Assembly: GCA_963770935.1 (NCBI GenBank)
Contig: CAVYRJ010000012.1
Location: 1 to 25,638, forward strand
Reading direction: 5' to 3'
Length of the DNA stretch: 25,638 nucleotides
DNA from: Candidatus Bathyarchaeota archaeon
GTDB taxonomy: Archaea > Thermoproteota > Bathyarchaeia > Bathyarchaeales > Bathycorpusculaceae
The notes beneath the pieces were generated by a model. That model was not told the origin of the DNA. It saw only the letters and a list, made by a program, of their open reading frames with translations, and ran no database searches. Every line of letters starts with the position of its first letter. Positions within the stretch are counted from its first letter, which is position 1. Below are positions 18,226 to 25,638 of this stretch, piece by piece. A program made the translations under genes and the position numbers.

Positions 18226-18597
18226 TTGACACAACAAATATTAAGCCTAACAGCAACAATCGACCTTATGGATAAGAAAGAAGATTTGAAAATAAATTTT
18301 GAAACAGCAGTAACCGAAGCAATCGATGAAGTCTTAACAACCCTCGGAGAAAATGTCAAACGAGTAGTTTACATTTTCCTAGAAAATAATTACGGGATAA
18401 AAAAAGAACAAATTCCCAGAAAGATTGAAGGCTTCTCAGCTGCGATTGAATCGATTTTCGGCTATGCTGCTAAGCTTGTTGAAATAAAAATTATGGAAAA
18501 ACTTCAGGGCAAAATAAAAGGATTTAAATATAAATCAAACTGTAACGAGATATTTTTTACCGAATACCTTGCGAGATTGCAAAGTTATCTGGATTAG
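18226..18597 (+). CDS. DUF3227/NitrOD5-like helical protein
   Basis: EAIDEVLTTLGENVKRVVYIFLENNYGIKKEQIP.KIEGFSAAIESIFG.AAKLVE pattern recalled from TACK archaeal signalling-associated domains. Start uncertain (18187/18226/18268). Confidence 0.65.
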   Translation: MTQQILSLTATIDLMDKKEDLKINFETAVTEAIDEVLTTLGENVKRVVYIFLENNYGIKKEQIPRKIEGFSAAIESIFGYAAKLVEIKIMEKLQGKIKGFKYKSNCNEIFFTEYLARLQSYLD

Positions 18598-18732
18598 CAA
18601 CCTCTTAACAAAGGCAAATGTGCCTAAACACAAAATACATAATCAATTTTGAAGGGAATGGAGAATAGGTCTTCGCTTAAATTCTCTTAGACCAAACCCG
18701 AGCTTCAATTATTATAGCGTTTACTTTGTTCT

Positions 18733-19279
18733 TTACCCGTTTGTTGTTTTCAAATTTACTAGCGAGTAAATTTCATGTTTGTTGCCGAGGGTTTTTCGTC
18801 CATCCAAATAATCCAATTCAATAAGAAAGCCCAAGCCAACCACTTTGCCGCCTAACTTTTCAACTAATTCAATGTTAGCTTTCGCGGTTCCACCTGTAGC
18901 TAGCAAATCATCGATGAGCAAAACGTTCTGGCCTTTTTCAATGGCATCTTGGTGGATTTCGATGGTGTCGCATTCATATTCTTTTTTGTAGGTTAAGTCC
19001 ACGCATTTGTAGGGTAATTTGCCTTTTTTACGGACAGGAACAAAGCCAACGCCTAGTTCATACGCTAATGGAGCGCCAATTATGAATCCTCTTGCCTCGT
19101 TGGAAACGATTACATCGATATTTTTTGCCCCTGTAGTGGTCTGCTAACTGTTTGATGCATTCGCGGAAGCATGTTTTGTCTTTTAAAAGGGGTGTTATAT
19201 CCCAGAATACTACGCCTTTGAACTCTGGGATTCTTCGAATTTTATTTTTAAGGTCTATGGTTTTATCGGTTTTGTTCAT
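18733..19279 (-). CDS. apt: adenine phosphoribosyltransferase (one frameshift in the A run at 19121-19126)
   Basis: [40 protein letters not shown] motif [13 protein letters not shown]; removing one A restores a single ORF. Confidence 0.92.
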
Positions 19280-19294
19280 TTTATTTTTCTCCTT

Positions 19295-20082
19295 CTAAAC
19301 GAATGCTCCTTTCAACGCTTCACCGCAGCCGCAACTGCATGCTACAGGCGTTTTGGCGACTGTTTCAGCTATTATTCTTTTAACATTCTCAACGTTGCTC
19401 TTCATGGTTGCAAGAATGTCGTCAACGCTGACAACGTGGTCTTTCCAAACATCGTAATCTGTGACGGTTGATATGTTTGCGTAGCAGATTTCAGCTTCCC
19501 TTGCCAAAACACATTCAGGAACCAGAGTCATTCCAACTACATCTGCACCCCATTGACGGTACATTTTGGATTCCGCTTTGGTTGAGAATCGTGGTCCCTC
19601 GATGCAAACGTAAGTTCCAGTTTCATGCATCTTAATACCCATATCCTTTGGCGACGCTAGATTAGGGTTTTTCTGATTTCGGGGCACATCGGTTCAGCAA
19701 CTGATATGTGGCAAACCTTGCCTTCCGTGTAGAATGATTGTTCACGCCGTGTTGTGCGGTCGATAAATTGGTCAACGAAAGCGATTTCGCCTGGATGGTA
19801 CTCTTCCCTCAAGGAGCCAACCGTTGATGGTGCCAAGATGCGTTTAACGCCGAGTTTCTTAAGGGCAAAAATGTTGGCGCGGACGTTGATGTCTGTAGGG
19901 CGTATGGTATGTTTTTTTCCGTGCCTGGGCAGAAACGCAACAGATTTGCCTCCGAGTTCACCGACAGTTATAGCGTCTGAAGGTTTACCATAGGGCGTAT
20001 CAACAGTTACTTCCTGAACGTTCTTGAGAAGTTTAGGGTCGTAAAGACCCGTTCCACCGATTACTCCAAATTCCGCTTGCAT
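19295..20082 (-). CDS. mtaP: S-methyl-5'-thioadenosine phosphorylase (frameshifted near 19645-19660)
   Basis: GVIGGTG, TPYGKPS, FLPRHG, RANIFALK, DQFIDRT, IEGPRFSTKAES, VGMT..PE..LARE, VTDYD; TTTTATAA box ~25 nt upstream. Confidence 0.92.
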
Positions 20083-20431
20083 GAAAACCTAATTCTGGCG
20101 CTGAGCTTATAAAAATAGCGACTGCAAAACAAGGATCTTCAAACGTCTGATTTCACATACTAATAATTTTAGAAAACGCCAATAGACTCTATCTCCTTAA
20201 GGATTGACATTTCAATTTTATCCCAATTTACACAATAAAAGGAAAATCTGAAAATGAAAAATTTAGAAAAAGAGATAGTAGAGGATTTGCCAACCATAGA
20301 CTTTACCGTGTTATCTGGAAATATCTGTTGTCTGATAGAAGAAATGAAGTTGCATTTGCAAATTGGTAGGGCTTGTTTTGGGTTGCTTTTTTGATTTAGG
20401 GTTTGTGGCGTCTGCAGGCTGCATCTGGATT

Positions 20432-20461
20432 CGTCACAGAACGTCATAGAACGTCACAGAA
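20432..20461. repeat. 10 bp tandem repeat x3
   Basis: CGTCACAGAA CGTCATAGAA CGTCACAGAA. Confidence 0.85.
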
Positions 20462-20603
20462 AGGCTAGAAAAGGCAAACCGTTCTAGCTGCCCTTGTTAA
20501 AGTTCGAGATGCTAATAACAACGAAAAACGCTAATACCAACCTACCTCTCTTAGAGGCGGTGTCTCCCTCCTCAATCGTTTCAATAATAATTGACTTATA
20601 TGC

Positions 20604-20765
20604 TCAGGTTACTGAGTTTTGGTTGAAATCAGAGTAGGTTACTTCGTAACCGATTAAGCCGCCTGCTACCAAGCCAACAAGCAAAAGCGCAATTATCATA
20701 ACTGCTCAAAAACGCTTAGTTTTTGGAGGGGGAGCTGGAATTGGCAGAAAAGGCGTTGGTTCCAT
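20604..20765 (-). pseudogene. degraded 5' remnant of a membrane-anchored protein gene
   Basis: Manual translation MEPTPFLPIPAPPPKTKRF*AVMIIALLLVGLVAGGLIGYEVTYSDFNQNSVT*: Pro-rich leader and TM helix, internal TGA, no continuation. Confidence 0.55.
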
Positions 20766-20790
20766 AAAAAAAACTCAAATGGGATTTAAT

Positions 20791-21600
20791 CTAAGCTGAA
20801 AAAGGTTCCTCGCTGGAGAGGATGGGCTTTTTGCATATCGGGCATATTTCGTCTGCGGCTTGAATGTTTCCACCGCAATGAGGGCAAATGTTGTTCTTTA
20901 TTGCTAAATGCAATCCTTCTTTTTCTTTGATTATTTTCCCATCTTTTAGCAGCAGCATTCGTTCAGTGTGGTTTGCAGCTTGACTATCATGCGTAACCAT
21001 AATGATGGTAGTTCCCTGTGTTAGGTTGAGGTTCGCCAGTAGCTTGATGATCTCCTGCTTGTTTTGACTGTCAAGGTTTCCCGTGGGTTCATCAGCAAGG
21101 ATAAAGGCAGGGTTGTTTGCTAAGGCTCGTGCAATGGCAACACGTTGCTGTTCTCCCGCACTTAGACGTTGAGGTCTATGGTTTTCTCTCCCAGACAAAC
21201 CCACCAGTCGAAGCAGTTCGCTAGCACGTTTCTTGCGCTCGCTCTTTGATCCTACTTTGCCTTCCATAGGTAACTCGACGTTTTCACGAGCGTTTAAGTA
21301 TGGCAGCAGGTTGAAGGTTTGGAAGATGAAACCCATCTTGTCTCGTCTAACCTTGTAGAGTTGGTTTTCAGGCATTTTCCCCACGTCTATGCCGTCAAGA
21401 AGCACTTGGCCATTGGTGGGTTTGTCGATTGCCCCTATGATGTTTAGCAGAGTGGTTTTGCCCGAGCCTGATGGACCCATGATCGCCACAAACTCGCCAG
21501 CGTTTACGGTAAGGTTTAGATTCTTTAGAGCTGGAACTTCACGTTTGCCTAGCATGTAGGTTTTGTCTAGGTTTGATATTTGCAGTACTGGTTTACTCAT
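20791..21600 (-). CDS. ABC transporter ATP-binding protein (LolD/MacB type) with C-terminal zinc ribbon
   Basis: [32 protein letters not shown], then CPHC-x10-CPIC. Confidence 0.93.
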   Translation of the reverse strand: MSKPVLQISNLDKTYMLGKREVPALKNLNLTVNAGEFVAIMGPSGSGKTTLLNIIGAIDKPTNGQVLLDGIDVGKMPENQLYKVRRDKMGFIFQTFNLLPYLNARENVELPMEGKVGSKSERKKRASELLRLVGLSGRENHRPQRLSAGEQQRVAIARALANNPAFILADEPTGNLDSQNKQEIIKLLANLNLTQGTTIIMVTHDSQAANHTERMLLLKDGKIIKEKEGLHLAIKNNICPHCGGNIQAADEICPICKKPILSSEEPFSA

Positions 21601-23066
21601 ACTTCATCGCCTCGGCTGGTCTAATTTTTGCTGCTCTCCAAGCCGGATACAAGCTGCCTATTGCTCCAAGCAATATGGATGCACCGAATGCGATTAGGAC
21701 TAACTCCAGATTCACGGATGCAGTGGTTGTTGTCAGTGATGCAGCGCTTGCTATGCCGGCGCCTTGGGTTCCAAACAGGTTTATGCTTGGAAGCAGAAGA
21801 GATGAAATTGTGGGGGCAGCGATTGTGCCGATTGCAATTCCGACTACTCCCGCGATTAAGCTCAGCAGGATACCTTCAAGCATGAATTGCCCCATCACCG
21901 TCGTGTTACTAAACCCGATAGCTTTTAGAGTGCCGATTTCTTTGGTTCGCTCCCTAACAGTGTAGAGCATAACGAATAATACTATCAGACTGGTTGCTGC
22001 AATTACAATTATGATTTCTTCAAAAGCCGTTGTCTGCGTCGAACTGATTGAAGCCTGAGCATTCTCAAGGGCAGTATTGTAAGTTGATTGAATAGCTTGA
22101 AGCTGAGTTAAACGTTCTTGACCAGTTGTCACTATAAGCTCTGGATGCAATGAGCTAATAGAGTTTGCAACCTGTGTTACGACGTCACTACTTTGTGCGA
22201 ATACCCTTAGACTGGTGATGTATCCGGTGTTGTTTGTTACTGCTTGAGCATCAGATAGGTTCATGTACAAAGTTAGCATGTCAGAAACTGATGTAGTGCC
22301 ATGAATACCTACCACTGTAAAGACTTGACCAAGAATCGAAATTGTATCGCCCACTCCAGCGTCGAAATAAGCCGAGTTGTTCTCACTGAGCAAAACAACT
22401 CCACTCTCGCCAGCCTGCAAGTTACGTCCAACAGTAATATTCGTCGTTAGCACGGGATAGCTGTCGATAAGATTTGACGTCAACGGTATACCTTCAATTG
22501 TGTATTCAGTTAACATCCGAGTAAAGCTTCGGCCCATCAAGGAAATTGTTTCGTTGCTTCCTTCAGAAGCTTGAAGGATAGGTTCAACAGCTGCAACACC
22601 TGAGATAGTATTGTTTATGTCAGTGTACAAACTCTCGTTCATTGGATTTGCCTGTCCACCACCAAAAACGCCGCCGCCAAACCGACCCGGGGTACCAGCC
22701 ACCGATACCACCACCACCGCCAAATTGACTGGGGTCAAAACCACCACTGCCTCCGGTTGGAGGACTTCTTAGACCCGACTGGTCAGGATTAAAAGCAGCT
22801 GAATCGGGCGGCCTAAATCCAAAACCGGCAAAATCTGACGCCAAACTGCAATCTATTTGAGCTAAAGTTTGGTTAATCGATTGCCCTGTTTCGGTTATAG
22901 TGTTGCTTAGGTTTGAGGCGAGGTTATTTGCTGTCTCTTGGTTAGCTAAAACTCCTGCAGGTATTGAAATCATTATCGCCATAGAGAAACCTAATGCAAT
23001 AATTACTAGTAACGCACGAATTTTTCTTCTCGAAATATTTCTTATCGCTCTACTAATTATTCCCAT
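21593..23066 (-). CDS. ABC transporter permease, MacB/FtsX family, copy 1 (frameshift near 22699)
   Basis: Near-identical to 23695..25161; one extra base (CCAGCCACCG vs CCAACACCG) splits it; ERTKEIGTLKAIG and YPAWRAAKIRPAEAM motifs. Confidence 0.85.
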
Positions 23067-23138
23067 GATAGCACCTTTCTTTGTTAACTTAATTAACAAC
23101 CAAGAAAAGACTTGGAGGGGTATTCGATTGGGCATATA

Positions 23139-23702
23139 TTAGGCTAAATGGCATTTATGTAAATCCAAATCTCTTCTTGGCTGCTTAACCCCAGCGTTAC
23201 CCCGATGTGTTATTAAACAATTTTTCAAAATTGCAATGGCAACACGTTGCTGTTCTCCCGCACTTAGACGTTGAGGTCTATGGTTTTCTCTCCCAGACAA
23301 ACCCACCAGACGAAGCAGTTCGCTAGCACGTTTCTTGCGCTCGCTCTTTGATCCTACTTTGCCTTCCATAGGTAACTCGACGTTTTCACGAGCGTTTAAG
23401 TATGGCAGCAGGTTGAAGGTTTGGAAGATAAAACCCATCTTGTCTCGTCTAACCTTGTAGAGTTGGTTTTCAGGCATTTTCCCCACGTCTATGCCGTCAA
23501 GAAGCACTTGGCCATTGGTGGGTTTGTCGATTGCCCCTATGATGTTTAACAGAGTGGTCTTGCCCGAGCCTGATGGACCCATGATCGCCACAAACTCGCC
23601 AGCGTTTACGGTAAGGTTTAGATTCTTTAGAGCTGGAACTTCACGTTTGCCTAGCATGTAGGTTTTGTCTAGGTTTGATATTTGCAGTACTGGTTTACTC
23701 AT
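23139..23702 (-). pseudogene. 3'-truncated copy of the ABC ATPase
   Basis: Protein identical to 20791..21600 up to [12 protein letters not shown], then reads across the duplication junction into promoter DNA; lacks Walker B, H-loop and zinc ribbon. Confidence 0.85.
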
Positions 23703-25161
23703 ACTTCATCGCCTCTGCTGGTCTAATTTTTGCTGCTCTCCAAGCCGGATACAAGCTGCCTATTGCTCCAAGCAATATGGATGCACCGAATGCGATTAGG
23801 ACTAACTCCAGATTCACTGATGCAGTTGTTGTTGTCAGTGATGCAGCTCTTGCTATGCCTTGGGTTCCAAACAGGTTTATGCTTGGAAGCAGAAGAGATG
23901 AAATTGTGGGGGCAGCGATTGTGCCGATTGCAATTCCGACTACTCCCGCGATTAAGCTCAGCAGGATACCTTCAAGCATGAATTGCCCCATCACCGTCGT
24001 GTTACTAAACCCGATTGCTTTTAGAGTGCCGATTTCTTTGGTTCGCTCCCTAACAGTGTAGAGCATAACGAATAAGACTATCAGGCTTGTTGCAGCAACA
24101 ACAACGATGATTTCTTCAAAGGCCGTTGTCTGCGTTGAACTGATTGAAGCCTGCGCATTCTCAAGGGCAGTGTTATAGGTTGATTGGACTGCTTGAAGTT
24201 GAGTTAAACGTTCCTGACCAGTTGTCACTGTAAGCTCTGGATGCAATGAGCTAATAGAGCTTGCAACTTGTGTTACGACGTCACTGCTTTGCGCGAATAC
24301 CCTAAGACTGGTGATGTAGCCTGTGTTGTTTGTTACTGCTTGCGCATCAGATAGGTTCATGTACAAAGTTAGCATGTCAGAAACTGATGTAGTGCCATGA
24401 ATACCTACCACCGTAAAGTCTTGACCGAGAATCGAAATTGTATCGCCCACTCCAGCGCCGAAATAAGCCGAGTTGTTCTCACTGAGCAAAACAACTCCAC
24501 TCTCGCCAGCCTGCAAGTTACGTCCAGCAGTAATATTCGTCGTTAGCACGGGATAGCTGTCGATAAGATTTGATGTCAACGGTATGCCTTCAATTGTGTA
24601 TTCAGTTAACATCCGAGTAAAGCTTCGGCCCATCATGGAAATTGTTTCATTGCTTCCTTCAGAAGCTTGAAGGATAGGCTCAACAGCTGCAACACCCGAG
24701 ATAGCATTGTTTATGTCAGTGTACAAACTCTCGTTCATTGGATTTGCCTGTCCACCACCAAAAGCGCCGCCGCCAAACCGACCCGGGGTACCAACACCGA
24801 TACCACCACCACCGCCAAATTGGCTGGGATCAAAACCACCACTGCCTCCGGTTGGAGGACTTCTTTGACCAAATTGGTCAGGATTAAAATCAGCTGAATC
24901 GGGAGGCGTAAATCCAAAACCGGCAAAATCTGATGCCAAACTGCATTCTATTTGAGTTAAAGTTTGGTTAATCGATTGCCCTGTTTCGGTTATGGTGTTG
25001 CTTAGGTTTGAGGCGAGGTTATTTGCTGTCTCTTGGTTAGCTAAAACTCCTGCAGGTATTGAAATCATTATCGCCATAGAGAAACCTAATGCAATAATTA
25101 CTAGTAACGCACGAATTTTTCTTCTCGAAATATTTCTTATCGCTCTATTAATTATTCCCAT
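23695..25161 (-). CDS. ABC transporter permease, MacB/FtsX family, copy 2 (intact)
   Basis: N-terminal AIRNISRRKIR plus TM, large extracellular domain, C-terminal FtsX domain; AGGTG RBS before ATG 25161. Confidence 0.92.
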   Translation of the reverse strand: MGIINRAIRNISRRKIRALLVIIALGFSMAIMISIPAGVLANQETANNLASNLSNTITETGQSINQTLTQIECSLASDFAGFGFTPPDSADFNPDQFGQRSPPTGGSGGFDPSQFGGGGGIGVGTPGRFGGGAFGGGQANPMNESLYTDINNAISGVAAVEPILQASEGSNETISMMGRSFTRMLTEYTIEGIPLTSNLIDSYPVLTTNITAGRNLQAGESGVVLLSENNSAYFGAGVGDTISILGQDFTVVGIHGTTSVSDMLTLYMNLSDAQAVTNNTGYITSLRVFAQSSDVVTQVASSISSLHPELTVTTGQERLTQLQAVQSTYNTALENAQASISSTQTTAFEEIIVVVAATSLIVLFVMLYTVRERTKEIGTLKAIGFSNTTVMGQFMLEGILLSLIAGVVGIAIGTIAAPTISSLLLPSINLFGTQGIARAASLTTTTASVNLELVLIAFGASILLGAIGSLYPAWRAAKIRPAEAMKYE

Positions 25162-25275
25162 GATAGCACCTTTCTTTGTTAACTTAATTAACAACCAAGA
25201 AGAGACTTGAGGGGTATTCGATTGGGCATATTAGGCTAATGGCATTATGTAAATCCAAATCTCTTCTTGGCTGCT

Positions 25276-25339
25276 TAACCCCAGCGTTACCCCGATGTGT
25301 TATTAAATAATTTTTCAAAATCTTACCCAAATCTAACCC
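25276..25339 (-). promoter_or_regulatory. promoter of the permease operon flanked by two 11 bp-period direct-repeat pairs
   Basis: TAACCCC/TTACCCC at 25276/25287 and TTACCC/TAACCC at 25323/25334 bracket minus-strand GAAAAATTATTTAATAA (BRE/TATA-like). Confidence 0.5.
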
Positions 25340-25385
25340 TAATTGCAAAGCGCTTCCTACCTTAAAAGCAAGAATTTGTTGTTCT

Positions 25386-25414
25386 CAAAAAAATGGAGAA
25401 AAAAGAAAAAGGGG
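25386..25414 (-). terminator. oligo-T terminator
   Basis: Minus strand CCCCTTTTTCTTTTTTCTCCATTTTTTTG just after the stop at 25423. Confidence 0.65.
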
Positions 25415-25422
25415 TTTTGAAG

Positions 25423-25638
25423 TTACTTATTAATTTCTGTTATGGTTAGAGTCACAATCTTTGTTACCTTTGCTTGTTCTATGTCAACTACGGCGAATGC
25501 TCTGCCGTTTGTGCCTAGCAAAGTCAAGTTTGCACTTGATGCTTTGGTTACTACGTTGCCGTTGCCGTCAATTGTTGTGTTTATTACTGGGCGGATTGAG
25601 GTTATGTTGTAGCCTTGATTGAGGAGGTTTTGTATATC
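25423..25638 (-). CDS. 3' end of a hypothetical (probably extracellular) protein, start outside the window
   Basis: 71 open codons read manually: DIQNLLNQGYNITSIRPVINTTIDGNGNVVTKASSANLTLLGTNGRAFAVVDIEQAKVTKIVTLTITEINK*, followed by a terminator. Confidence 0.8.
   Translation of the reverse strand, partial: DIQNLLNQGYNITSIRPVINTTIDGNGNVVTKASSANLTLLGTNGRAFAVVDIEQAKVTKIVTLTITEINK

Larger units (their letters stand above)
21130..25321. repeat. head-to-tail tandem duplication: 21130-23231 (2102 bp) and 23232-25321 (2090 bp)
   Basis: Each unit holds the promoter region, permease and 5' two-thirds of the ATPase; junction TTTTTCAAAAT|TGCAATGGC. Units differ by scattered substitutions and a net 12 nt of indels. 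Confidence 0.95.

Noticed and set aside
20169-20447. ORF 20169..20447(-) and an opposite 46 aa ORF at 20254..20394(+)
   Set aside because: Neither has a recognisable motif or a clear promoter; the minus ORF starts inside the tandem repeat. The plus ORF cannot be excluded but is unsupported.
251-23066. Frameshifts in the 251-1474 gene, two permeases, an ATPase, apt, mtaP and possibly the hjc tail, as pseudogenes or programmed frameshifting
   Set aside because: They are single-base indels, mostly in short homopolymers, in otherwise intact genes. The duplicated promoter copies also differ by such indels. Uncorrected long-read error is the simplest explanation; read polishing would settle it.
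1718-25210. Many antisense or off-frame ORFs overlapping identified genes (e.g. 2181..2522, 4223..4651, 9329..9694, 15255..15659, 21573..21965)
   Set aside because: Shadow ORFs of well-supported genes, with no independent evidence.

Overview
Archaeal chromosomal window, most consistent with Bathyarchaeia (TACK). This is inferred from rpl38e, tsr3, an Hjc-like resolvase, a large membrane-anchored PQQ-like beta-propeller protein and BRE/TATA promoters. Coding content is mostly housekeeping: an NAD/ADP-ribose/SAM by-product salvage neighbourhood (pncA, nnr, macro domain, tsr3, mtaP, apt), yjbQ, a stand-alone Lrp ligand-binding domain, LysE, a wHTH-PD-(D/E)XK nuclease and two MacB/LolCDE-type ABC systems, one in a diverged 2.1 kb head-to-tail duplication. 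Six or seven genes carry small indels that look like long-read consensus errors. The most unusual signal is non-coding. A ~30 bp repeat (core GATGCTTTTGTATAC) occurs six times between 4.9 and 16.4 kb, always outside the genes called here, in both orientations, and borders the long gene-free tracts. A second 32 bp promoter-like motif (core CGAACCTTATATAT) occurs three times, points into gene-free DNA, and twice sits 63-70 bp downstream of the first repeat. No tRNA, rRNA, CRISPR array, transposase or integrase was found. All family calls come from motif recognition by eye, not database searches.
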